Below are positions 8,377-21,262 of a stretch of 64,000 nucleotides of DNA, piece after piece. The notes beneath the pieces are model-generated. The model searched no databases and was not told where the DNA came from. It worked only from the letters and a program-made list of their open reading frames with translations. The translations under genes were made by a program, and so were the position numbers. Location of the stretch: contig JAQFVV010000006.1 in NCBI GenBank assembly GCA_028023455.1, forward strand, positions 20,584,001-20,648,000, read 5' to 3'. Every line of letters starts with the position of its first letter. Position 1 is the first letter of the stretch. This DNA comes from Epiperipatus broadwayi. Lineage: Eukaryota; Animalia; Onychophora.

Positions 8377-10308
8377 CAATAGTGTCCCATGTTATATTAG
8401 ACAGTTTTTTTCACTTCTTGCAATTTTCCTTCAACTGACAGTGACCTGCAGTTGTAGGTATCTAAATAATGATCTTTATTGAATGGCATCCTGAATATGC
8501 AATTGGTGAATTCTTTGAACCTTCTGTTTTTGTCCATTAACTACTATCTTGGCTTATGACTTTACAGCCTCCTGGCATTAAGTACCATAATTTAGTTTAT
8601 CTGTCATGTTTGTAAATATCTATCAAAAATGAAATAATATACTAGCACAGTCATCCTTCTTTCGTAAAAACAATTGATATTTTATCTAACAATTGTCAAC
8701 TGTTTTTTAAAAAAAAACTGCAATGTTTTTTGATCTTAAAGTCAGAGATAAATTCTAATTAACTCACCAAGCTGGCTGATACAAACTGGTGAAAAGCCGT
8801 TTATGTTCATTTTCTAGATGAATAATCGCATAGCAATAACAGTTGCAACAACAATAACATATGACGTCATCATAATGAATTTACCCTACTGGAAATCTTT
8901 AAGAATTCAAAGAGAAATCAGATGATCTCATTTCAGTTAACAGCAAACTTTATGTAATAATATGCTACACGAAAAATTCTATAGTACGTTATTATATTCT
9001 TAAAAAAAGTTAAATAATATTTATTTACTATATTTTCTACAAATATTGAATGACAAAAGTCATATGGAAAATATGAACACATATGTGAAAATATTGGTCC
9101 AATTGTGAGAAAACATTAATTTTCCGTGATATAAAGATTTCAAAGGAAGAGAATGTTTAATCTGGTGAACGGATTTTTGGGTCATGCGGTCTATGTATGA
9201 AAACTTTATTAATTTTATCTAAAAAGAAGCCGCATTATATCATATTATATTACACATATATATAGCTTAATTTCAAATATATCTTATTGCTTTTTTAAAA
9301 TATATATATATAATTTATTATTATTGACATTTGATGGATTTTATTATTCTTGTCTGTTATTCATAAAAAATTTAGATATATGTATATAAAATAAGAAGAA
9401 ATATACTAATAGACTTTAAAATTAAATTTACTCAGCTTTTAGAATTAAAAAAAAAGTTGAGATGTGAATAAAATTAGCTTTTACTTCAGGGAAATATTTC
9501 TTTGAATCATTCAATCATTTTAAAAATTCATCTATTTTTATTATTTTCAATTTAAAGTACGGCAATGGGCTGAAAAAAAAAATGGTTCAGAAAAAGTGAA
9601 GATAAAAACAGAATTTTATATCAATTGATTTTAATAAAAAATCTATTTTTTTAAGTGTTAGTTTTATTGATTAAAATTAATTAAAACTTATGTCATTTAA
9701 ATATTAAAGTATTTTCAGTTTTAAATATTTTTAAATTTTAATTTTATATAATTTTTCTTTGCAAAAAAAAAAAATGCCTTAAAAATAATTAGTTTTGCTG
9801 GATTTCACCTTTTTTTACAATTTTATTATTTATTTACTCTAATAGCAAAAAAACTGCAAAATCTCGTGTCAACCTACGAGAAATTCATTCATTAACGTTA
9901 TTCACCAGTTTCAGATTAATTTTAGATTAGCTTTCTGACAAAACCATATCGCAAATTGATTTGTGCAATGATAAAATGAGAGAACTAAATGTTTCTGAAT
10001 CAGATTTCAACCTGACCAATTTGTTTCTTGATCGTCATGTAACCCCTCGATTGGTTAACTATTATATTATTTTTAGCCCAGTATTGTTTAGAATAGTAAT
10101 AGAATGATGAACCCAAAACTTAAAAACCCCTGAATTAAAGCTCAAACTGGTTCTTTTACTGATGAAACTACTAATCAGTCCATTTTTCTTGAACTATTGA
10201 CTAATTGCATTTGATAACAGAGTTTGATAATTTAAATCTCAGATTCTACATAATTGCTTTAAATAAGAATAATATTATACATATTTATTATAATATTGAT
10301 GTTTATGA

Positions 10309-10348
<40 letters not shown>

Positions 10349-11842
10349 AATTTATAGAAAAAAACATTCTCCTCTCAGGCTAGGATAAAATAATGTACGT
10401 GACAATGTATCAATGGTAGGTTGGATCCATTTATTCTCCAAGCTTTTGCTATTTATACACTTGCATTTGCTAACATTGATGGAAACTCAAATATCAACCA
10501 GATGAAAACATGGCATTAGTAATTAATGAAGTAATAATCAATTACACAAGGATAAAAATTGAATCTCACTTTGTAATAATTTTGCTTTAATTATTAAACA
10601 GAAGATGTTATTTGTAAACATTAAATTAGCATAATATAAAGTATTTGATCCATTGTCAACAGGGTATTATTTATTCATAGCTTAAGGGGAGAGTGGATTA
10701 TTCCATTTATTATATATACCTTGAGCTACGTTAATTTAATGCTTACAATTATATACATATATTAACTTCAAAATCAAATTAATTGTAATTAAATATTTAA
10801 ATAAAAAAGTCTTTCATTTCTTGGTAGCTAGTCAAGGGTTTTAAGTCTCCAAATTACCTGATGAATAAAAATTTTCTACAAAATGTGTGTAGAGAGAAAA
10901 AGATTGCTCTGAGAAATTTTGTATTAAGAAATAATTCAAGGTTTCTAATAAGTTTTGGAGAAATGCAACCAATTCCAAATTAGCTATTGATTACAGATAT
11001 TTATTAGGTACATTAGTCAGTTTATTATATAGGTTTTTTACTGTGTCATATTTCTGTTACAATGGAATCTGTTAATCCCATTTTTATGAGATATAAATAT
11101 TGATGCATAAATAGGTTAAACACTATATATGTGTATGACTAACTTGTAAAATATTCATGCTACATAATCAAAGGGATTGTAATTAAGACATATAAATAAA
11201 AAGGTCTCGCTATTCTTTCCATGCATGTTCAGATTTTTAAAATCACTATCTCACCTGAGAAATGAAAGTTTCCCATGAAATGGATGAATAGTGAGAAATA
11301 TTGATCTAAGAAATTTTACTAGTGGTAGTCAAGATTTATAATATGCTTTATAGAAATATGACATAAACCTGAACTTTTTTTTTATAAATTACAGATATTT
11401 TTAGTACATTAGTTAATATATGTGGTAAATAGTACATATTGGGGAGATAGAGCCCCTTCCAAATGCTCTATGTATTTGGTCACCAAAATTGTAAAGCAGT
11501 GTGTTGGGCAGATAGGGTCCCTATCCAATGCCCCAGATATTTGGGTGGCAACATTGTAATGGTATAAATGGGATAATTCTGATCTATTATATCCCATAAA
11601 CTGGATAAGCCAAAACTTCAATGATAAAGAATGGGATGAGTTCCAGCTTAATATTTCTAAGTTGTAAATCTCTAACTTTAAAAACTAAATATTAGAAATA
11701 TATTGAGACTCAAATTACTTGCTAAATATAATTCAGAAACATAGGGGCATTTTATTGAATCTGGATTATATTTTGGATAACAAATGAACATAAATAATTT
11801 ATTCTAATATCTTAATCTTTTAATATTCAATAATGTAGTCTT

Positions 11843-11919
11843 GCATTGGTGGTCAAGAGGTCAGCGCAACTGCCTTACGAGCAGTTGCCCAGGTTGCAGG
11901 CTCACATCCTGGCCGATGC
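11843..11919 (+). mobile_element. tRNA-Gly-derived SINE head / tRNA pseudogene
   Basis: GCATTGG...CCGATGC acceptor stem; ACTGC-CTTACGA-GCAGT anticodon arm; insertion in the T arm. The same family occurs at 63894-63988 and shares the ATGACAC 3' extension. Confidence 0.7.
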
Positions 11920-13146
11920 TATGACACTGGAAAAAAAATGTAGTCATTCATTAAAATTCAAACAACCATCAAAATAGTGTCTCAATATTCTTAGGGTACA
12001 GTGACTAAACTGATAAAAATTAAATATTATGATATGACCCACAAATGTAGATAAATGATGTAATCTTAAAGGAAATAAAATGAAGACAATCTTTTAAAAA
12101 CAATTAGTTCATATTTTATGTATATTTAAGAATGGCAATAAATAATTACAATAACAATAATATCATTTCATCACAGAATTTTTCTAGTTAATTTATGGAT
12201 TGTTTATAATAGTTTGTAAACCGTTAAATTTATTATTTCAATTATAATTACATTTTTGTTTTAATTAATGGACATTTTATTTATATTACATATATTTATA
12301 TAACTGAATAAAACGTTGCCTTACAGATTTAGACAATATTTTTAAACTAACATGTAAAAAAAATAATGAAATAACTCTTATTATTATTCTTAAAGTTAGA
12401 GGCCATTTATAATAGGATAAAAATGAGGGTATATATATTAATGCGTCACAGATTTGGGATTCATGTGTGATAAATCAGATATGACAAAGCTATAATAGAT
12501 TAATCTGGTCTAATTATGCCCTCCAAGTTACAGTGCCATTTATAGTAGAATAAATATGTACATATATTAATCTCTGTTATAGACCCAATGATTTCAGTAG
12601 CATTTGTAACAGAAAGAAAATGATCTCCGAAATTGGACATCGTTTGTAAATGAGTAAAATGTAACTCAAAAATAATACTAATTTTATATCATTGAATAAT
12701 ATTATTGTTCATAACAGAATAAATATAATATTCTAAACTAAATGAAAACCAATCAATAAATAATTATTTAGTACTTAATATAATCCTTTGTCTTATTACA
12801 TAACAATACAAAACAGTGATGATAATTTTTTAAATAGCATTCTGGATTTAAACAGCATTGAAATTAAATAGAAATCAAACAACATTATCATTTCAGATAT
12901 CCTAAATACAACCCTTACTTATGATAGATTAAAATGAAGCAATTAAATCAAATATCACTGTCTCAAAACAATGATATAAGCCTAAGATATATTTCACTTA
13001 TAATCGAATGAAATCAATAATAAATCATTAAACAACTAAGTTCAATATATATAAACATTACAAGCATAAAGCTAAACTAGTCAATATAAAATCAAAACTA
13101 CCCAAATCTAAAATTAAACCAGACCAGCATAAAAATAATATTAAAA

Positions 13147-13188
13147 CACAACCTAAGGTTTCACTGCTACAAGCAGACTTCTCAAGTG
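13147..13188 (-). ncRNA. Hammerhead-like motif, U3-A8 core variant (left arm)
   Basis: Reverse complement is identical to 13781-13822. Confidence 0.55.
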
Positions 13189-13780
13189 AAAAGAACTACA
13201 AAAACTACACAATATATATAATATTAAAAACTACCCACAAATCCATTCACTTCCCATCCACCCTTAATATTAAAAGAACTCTTAAATAAGTTAATTGCTT
13301 CAGAATAATAAATTTTCAATAATAAAGACTCTTTAATTCTTCTTTTGATTTCATTTCTCTCAAAGAAGACAATCTTAGCTTCATCAAAATCAATAGTGTG
13401 GCCTGTATCTTTTTCATGGACATACAAAGCAGAACTAAGATATCTATTTTTAACTGTACTTTTATGAACCTTTATTTGAGTTTAAATTAAAGAATAAAGG
13501 TTCATAAAAGTAGAGTTAAAAATAGATATCTTAGTTCTGCTTTGTATGTCCATGAAAAAGATACAGGCCACACTATTGATTTTGATGAAGCTAAGGTTGT
13601 CTTCTTTGAGACAAATGAAATCAAAAGAAGAATTAAAGAGTCTTTATTATTGAAAATTTATTATTCTGAAGCAATTAACTTATTTAAGAGTTCTTTTAAT
13701 ATTAAGGGTGAATGGGAAGTGAATGGATTTGTGGGTAGTTTTTAAAATTATATATATCATGTAGTTTTTGTAGTTCTTTT

Positions 13781-13822
13781 CACTTGAGAAGTCTGCTTGT
13801 AGCAGTGAAACCTTAGGTTGTG
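13781..13822 (+). ncRNA. Hammerhead-like motif, U3-A8 core variant (right arm)
   Basis: CAC-TTGAGAA-GTCTGC-TTGTA-GCAGT-GAA-ACCTTAGGT-T-GTG, located just downstream of the GIY-YIG stop codon. Confidence 0.55.
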
Positions 13823-13999
13823 TTTTAATATTATTTTTATGTTGGTCTGGTTTAATTTTAGATTTGGGATAGTTTTGATTATATATATATATATAATATA
13901 TATAAATCTTCGTTTTAACATATATATATATATATATACACCTAACTAATCAAACATTATTTATAAAAATATAAACTTATACAAAATTTAATGATGATC

Positions 14000-14990
14000 A
14001 TATCTAAATAAAATAATTCATGAATGATTAAGTTAACAGCTTTAGTATATCTTATAAGTTTACGATGTTCATAATATCTAAATAGATATATGACCAATAA
14101 TTAATTTTAAATCTTAGTAATACTACGTTATTCATGCTATATTTTTATATTAATTTACTACTACTAATCACACTATTTATAACAAGATAAAAGATGATAA
14201 AATGATAAATAATAAATTATACTAACTCAGCCATGCTATATTTTTATATTGACTTTACTCTTACTAATTAAACTAATTATAATAAAATAAACTATTCAAT
14301 AAGGATATAATATCAATGAACCTATTAGATAATCTTAAATTTATAATATCTAATCATAATAGTATATAAACCAGTAGATTTCTATTGGATATTCACTTAA
14401 GCACATTTAACTAATATCAATTTATTTTAAATTTCCTGAAACTTAATTATTACAACTGTATATTATAACAATTAAAACATATAAAAATTATTAGCACTTA
14501 TTATAATCAAGTATGAGTATTAGGATTTAATAGTAAATTGGATTTACAATTCACCTCAGCTAAATTTAAATATAATTAAAGCAAATCACTCTGCCTTATA
14601 ATAGAACAAAATATACTATGATCAGCATTATAATTGAATAGGATTAAGATTCTAATAATCAACCATGAACTAATTACAATACTTATACAATCGATAATAA
14701 TTTAGATAAGACAAGCAAATATTTAATTATGATTATCATATAAAGTTTATATCTAGCCAGATAATAACTATAGAACTCAATATAAAAAAATATAGCCATT
14801 CTTACTTCCCAATATTGGGATTTGATTTCAGGATTATAATATAGTTATATTAAATAAATTTTATGATATAGACAGTTTTTCTTGTCATACTCGACTGTCA
14901 TTAAGTAATAAATCAGTTTTCACAATTGGACAATAACTAGAAAAGTTTATTTGATTTAAGTTAAATTCAAATTTATTAATAAATATCAAT
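14000..14990 (+). pseudogene. nad2: Old nuclear mitochondrial insertion (NUMT), nad2-like, possibly with flanking tRNA remnants
   Basis: Collinear degenerate matches to Nad2 motifs in the invertebrate mitochondrial code: INLLLLITLF (about 14150), K..LTQA (14215-14235), xKLLALIM (14480-14510, cf. WQKLAPL), FPMLGF (14805-14825, cf. LPPxLGF). G-poor strand. Confidence 0.55.
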
Positions 14991-17900
14991 TATGATTAAA
15001 AATATACATGTTATCAATAGATCATAAAAAATTGATGTATACACATACAATCTAATTAAATGTATAAATCATTAACTGGCATTAATTCAATATTTACAAA
15101 TTTTATTACATATTAATTTTCAATTGTTTAATAATAAATAAAAGCACATATGTCTGTATATCACAAAATATGTTACAGGATGTTCCTATTTTTCAAAATA
15201 TAAGAATTTAAAATATATCTTTTTTAGACTTCATTATAAAATATAATTAACAAAAAATGTATATAGATAAAAATGAATTTACTTATTAATACAATTAAAA
15301 AGAACAAAGTAAAATAAATACTTATTGAGATGTAATCTTTTGAAATTGTAATATAAATGACGTATTAGAAGATCTTTTTTTTAAATCAATAAGTAAAAAA
15401 AAAATGAATATTTTGAATTAAAATAATAATTACTATACTACAAGATATGAATTTAAATTTCAGAAAAATACAATTATCTTATATTTTAGCATTTGAAAAG
15501 ATTACTATTTAACTTAAAAACTATATATATATATATTAGTTATCAATAAATGATTTTACATTTTTAAATAAAGGTAACAAACACACACATGCACACACAT
15601 ATATATATATAATCATGACAAATATAAATAAACAACTGAAGTCTTTATTCCCAGTATGGCATTACATTTATTATGTCTATACTTCAAACTACAAAACCAA
15701 TGGTATGTCTTTCTTCCAGAGAAGATATAATGCATTCAGGAGAATTTTAAATTAAAAGCATATTTTATTGATTCTGATATTATATATATATTCAAATCAT
15801 TCTTTCAAATAATAATATTTGGTTCATATGATGTTACACACATAAGCACGATTTTACATGTACGATTATATGAAGACACATACATCCTTTCATGTGCAAA
15901 TATTTAAAAATAGCATAAATGAATATATGCTAGCTTTTATCTATGGTGATAGGATGGAAATTAAACTAATTCATATCTCATAAAAATTTGATCAATCAAT
16001 CTATTAAAATCTATACTTTCAGATGTTTGTATTCCATCTTTTAAAATATATGTAACAGCCATTTTAAAGGATAGAATATTTTAATGGTTTCCGTAATGAA
16101 GCAATTTTGGTGATTTTCCTTTTTATAATAAATTTGTCATTTTCTCATGACATTTCATCAATAAGTTGCCCTGGTTTATAGGCAGTCCATGTTAATTCTT
16201 ACTCCTCCATTTTGTTTTTGGAAATTATATACTTTACCGGTAAATTTAAAAGAATCATGTAAAAAAATTTATATGTCTTCAGTTTAAAACAAAGACAAAA
16301 GAGAAAAGTAATGATTTCAAACTTTTCAGTCCTATTTATGAGATTTCTCTTTTAAACAATTTCTGGTAATGTTTCATATATAAATAAAAATCTTATTACA
16401 TAGTAATGATAAAAAAATCATTTTACATTTATTATATAAAATAAAAATTTATGTTTCAAAATACAAATACTAATTTTTATTTCAACAAAAATTAAATAAT
16501 ATACACTGTACATATTTTCAATATATTACACTGAAAATATATTTCAAGTATTAAATATTTATTTGTAGTGTAACCAAATGAAACACATAACAATAATAAT
16601 AATAATTTCATCCAAACCATATACTTTATTATTCACATATTTGTTTTTTAAAAATGAATTTATAATCTTATAATACAATTAATAATAAGATTATTGTTGT
16701 CATAGCAACACAGTTAATGCTTCATAATTTAACATATCCATCATCTCAAATAAGAAAGAAAAAACATATGACTGACAACTTACCACATACTAAAATGCAT
16801 CTGAAATTTCAGTAGGCCCAATATATATAATAGAACAATCATGTCCAATTACATCATTAGGATACATTGCAAGCAGATTCTAAAAAAACATATTTATAAA
16901 TAAACTCAAAAGTACATCTATTCTTTTGTTATATTAATGCTAAACTATTTTGTCAGATAAATAAATTCTTTCTATCTGACCTTGGGTTTAATATATTGTA
17001 AGTAAATCAAAAACCAATACCTGAAAAAACTGTAACATATTATTGGTGATTTTTGTTTTTATATTAATCAATGCTTAAATTTATTTACAATGTATCTAAG
17101 TGAAGGTCAGATAAAATGATCTCATTTTATTGAACAAAGTAAAATGCTATTGATATAATAAAAAGGTAGATATATTACAAGTTTATTTTAAAAAATGATA
17201 CTTTAAAATATGCTTATAATATGTTCTAGTAATGGATTAATATATAACTGTTCTGTTAAATAGATTTATATTCCTAATGTTCCACATTTGATTAGTCATA
17301 AAATCATTTATGAGCAGATTAAAATAATTTATATATATGTATTAACCAGAAGATTTTCTCAGTTTATACATTCAAATATTAAAAATGTAATAGGAATTCT
17401 TCAAGTATTTTTTACAAATAGTTTTATTTATGCTGTAATGAAGCAAAGAACCAATTAAAAACATAGCATGGTGAATGATATCTATCTGAAATATTTAAAT
17501 CTGAAGGTGAATCTGTTTTTAGCTTACTATCATTTATATAAAATTGCATTTTCCAAAGTCACTGCACACTATGAGGAATCCTAATTTTTATGAACCTAAA
17601 CATGAATTGCTGGATAATGAGGACTGTGTCTATAAAATATTATGTGAATATGGAAAGAAACACATATCAATGAAACCAACCATTCTATTGTAATATGATT
17701 AAAAAATATAAAATAATGATTAGAAAAGAAAAGACATATGTATTTAAAATAGCAGATCATTTATGTACCAATATATTTAACTTGGAAAATACAAAAATAT
17801 TTAACAGTAAAAAAAAAAATAATAATAAAAGAAAAACTTTAGAAAGCTACTCACATGACAATGGTAAATAAATATAACTCAGTTTAGCCTGATAATCAAT

Positions 17901-18754
17901 AATGTTTGGAAAATATTTATTAATCTTGTCTTAAAAAAAGAAAAAAAATCAGTAATTCTGAATGTTGCCTTTGACTAATGGCCTTCTTAGTTAGACTTAT
18001 ATCATAAGTTTAGTATTCCAAGAATATAAAAATCACCAGTTTGATTTCTAAAAACTTTCACTGCCAGCAGCAAAAAAAAAAATGTGAATATTACCACTTG
18101 AAATGGTGTATTAAATACTAAACTATAGTCTATTATTAACAATTGGATGTATTTATAAAATTACACATAAAATTTGAATTTTTAAAAAAATATTTAACAA
18201 TTAAATTAGATAATGAAAATAATCCATCATATAATTATAAACCAGTTTTTATCTTGCAAGAGAATGGTGCAAAAGAAAATATTGATGTATGAACATAGAC
18301 ATAGAGATCCAGGTTTTTAATGTCTGTAACTCAGTTGATGAATGAAATCATTCATGAAATGTATGGATAGTAAGAATGGGTAATATATAGTTGTGATATT
18401 GTGACATTTGAGATCACAGGTGTTCTGATACATTTTAAAAATTTGAAAAAAAATTCTGATAATAAAACAAACATTAAGGATTTTAAATTGAAAATACATA
18501 TAAAATAATGAATAAATTATTAATACAATAAAAATTTTTAGAAGCAAAAAAAAAATAACTGACTATTAATTCTCTAATAAAGATAGGCAGTAATTCCCTA
18601 ATATCTAGAGTATATACATCACACAAGTCATATAAAGTTATCAGTAATTAATGCTTCCTAAATAATATTTAACCAATCATGGTAACTGAGACTACTAATG
18701 TCCAATATTTGGATTGATAATTAATAGAAAGAAAATCCACACAGCAATGAGACT

Positions 18755-18890
18755 GTAGTAGAAACTCTCTCTATACTATAGAGCCACCAAATGCAAGACA
18801 CAGTAATCAATGGATGCTAAAAGACTTGTGCGTCAAAATCTATATCTAGTGCCTATTCATCAAATGTTCCAGATTCGTTTCTAAATGGTT
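18755..18890 (-). mobile_element. Degenerate fragment of hammerhead-bearing PLE pLTR family X
   Basis: Similar to 19685-19875 (AGTAATCAATGGATGC...ATCTAGTGCCTA...CCAGA.T.GTTTC). Confidence 0.55.
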
Positions 18891-19684
18891 ATCATACAAT
18901 TTAGTGATTTTATAACAATAAGATTCCATATAACAATAAAATATCACATGGATTTTTTAGATTACATTTTTTTGAGAATAGTTTTTTTTTTACTTTATTT
19001 CAGAGCTTTCTATTGTAAACTTATATCAAACAACATTGAATTGTGATTTCTCCTTCATACCCAAAACAGATTCTGGATTACAGCCTTCATCAATGAAAAA
19101 TTTGAAGTTTTCAAGCTTTTAATAGATGGTTCTGGACAAGGGTAAAAGGAAATGATATTAATCCATATATAATGAAAACTCAGCATTGCTAGGTATGATG
19201 GAGTAAGATTGCAAGGTAATAACAACTAATTAAAATTTTAAAAAAAACCAATCAAAATAAATATGTCAATATAATAATTTGATTTAAACTATTATCAAGA
19301 CAATACATTTTAAAAAATCTATCAACATGTTTGTTGATCAGAGCCATATAGAGTCTGAGTACTGGAAGTGACAAAGCAAATATGGCATTCATGAATCCTA
19401 TGTCTTTAGTCTTTCATTCCAGCCCTACACTAATCCATGCAGAACATCATCAAGATTAAATCCCTACATGGTTTAGATCAGTTTAAAATGATAGGCTTGA
19501 GAACTCAGAGTGACAATTATTAATGGATTATAATGAGTGTACTTGAAAATGCATATTTAGTTTTAAAAAATACATAACAATAATGCAAATGCAACAGTTT
19601 ATGCATCTAAAAACAAGTGTAATATTATTTTTTGAAAAAGCAGATATCAATAGCTTGAATAAGTATAACATTATTATTAAAACA

Positions 19685-20050
19685 GGCAAAACTCTCTATA
19701 CGTATTGCCACTCAGTGCAAGCCAGAGTAATCAATGAATGCCAGAAGGCTTGTGCATAAAATCCCCATCTAGTGCCTACTTATCCAATATCCCCAGACTA
19801 GTTTCTGGCTTGTGGCCTTTATCAGTGAGGAGCCTTGGATCTGAGAGCATTGCATCTAGATCTTAGGGGATCTTATACAACCCTTCAGCAGTCACCTTTT
19901 ATCTCTACTTAACTACAAAACTATGAGACTTAAATTGAAAATACCATAATATTTTAAATCCAAGCTTGTCAGCTGTTTTAATAACAGTTAAGAGCAAGCA
20001 TAAGAAATAGTGATCATGTGATGTTTATAGGCTTATAACATTATTACTGG
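19685..20050. mobile_element. PLE pLTR family X, inverted arrangement, with minus-strand hammerhead at 19790-19831
   Basis: Minus strand: TCCTCA-CTGATAA-AGGC-CACAA-GCCA-GAA-ACTAGT-C-TGGGGA (G8 mutated). 19975-20050 is the family's 3' tail in the opposite orientation. Confidence 0.75.
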
Positions 20051-20914
20051 ATAAACTAATCTATATTGATATCCTAAAGATACAACCAAATTTACAAATA
20101 CTTGATATTTCAAAATGGACAGCATATAGTGTGCCATAGTAGATATATTATGGATTAAAGATTCATATATGGCATTTCATTTTAGAAGCAGTAAAAATGT
20201 CCACAGGACAAATAATTATTTATGAAAGTATTTATCAAGGCATTGCATTTTTTCATTAGTGAAATTTGTATATAATAAATAATAATTACAAAAGCAAGAA
20301 TAAGTGAATATAGAGGACCTATGAAAAAAGGCATAGATCAACAACTGGAAAGACATCTGAGACACTGCTATTTTCCTGAGAAATTTTCCAGAATATGTGA
20401 TCCAGATGAGACAATATAATAGTTCAGGAAAGACACTATTCATCTTCATCAGAATTTTGAGTTTGTCTTCAACCGAATGTTCAATCACCTGAATATTCCT
20501 CCAATCACTGGATCAACATAATGCTTTTGATGGTTGTCCATCAAATGTCTATTTAAAATTATGGGAAAATGTTTTATTTTTCAATTATTAAATATGTATA
20601 CATGTTTAAGTTTTTACCAAAATATATTTTATTATAGTACAAGTACAAATATATTTATTTTTAGATACTTTATATAAACTAAATCACTATTTAATGTTAC
20701 AGAAAAATGATTTATTTTTCAGTTATGAAATACCTAAATGTTTAATTTTTACACCTATTTATGTATTTATTATAAAGTATTTTATAAAAATAAAAAAAAC
20801 TATTTTAATTAAATGCAGATAAATGTTATAGAAATACAAATCTATGTTCTACTATTTGCATATTTAATTATGCATAAATGTAATGTATTCATAATCTTCA
20901 ATTTATCAATTAGT

Positions 20915-21262
20915 TGATGTGATGTGATGCACTGTGACTTCTCCTTATACAAAGTCAGGAATCTCTCAGCAACTATGTCCAGAGAAACCTGTTAACCACT
21001 TTACCTTCCTTTTTCATTTCCTACCCTAAGTTATCCCATAATCTGCTCCATCCCATTTCCACAACATAATCTTTGTCAACTCCATGGCCTTCATATCTAA
21101 ATCACCCTTATCTTTTTCCAAACCCAGCATAAAAACTAATAACCCACTTTCTATATAATCAGTTTGTTTATATTTATTTTTCCATAACTTCATTATTTGT
21201 ATCGGTTCTGCTTTCAAGCATTTACATTGAATAGTTTCACAGTGTGCCTTCAGTGGCTCCAT
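20915..21262 (-). mobile_element. Non-LTR retrotransposon 3' end with (CACAT)n tail
   Basis: Homologous to 61263-61725; encodes a degenerate HxxxxCKCLKAE.IQIMKL tail; GATGTGATGTGATG repeat on the + strand. Confidence 0.75.

Larger units (their letters stand above)
13085..13882. mobile_element. Penelope-like element 3' end (GIY-YIG endonuclease C-terminus plus pLTR), duplicated as an inverted repeat
   Basis: RIKVHKSRVKNRYLSSALYVHEKDTGHTIDFDEAKVVFFETNEIKRRIKESLLL is encoded on both arms (ORFs 13224-13427 minus, 13542-13745 plus). Short spacer at about 13477-13492. Confidence 0.9.

Noticed and set aside
7710-8390. Long ORFs spanning 7710-8390
   Set aside because: Artefacts of the 500-N gap.
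8775-8815. TGEKPF zinc-finger linker-like peptide
   Set aside because: No flanking C2H2 cysteines or histidines; a stop follows within four codons.
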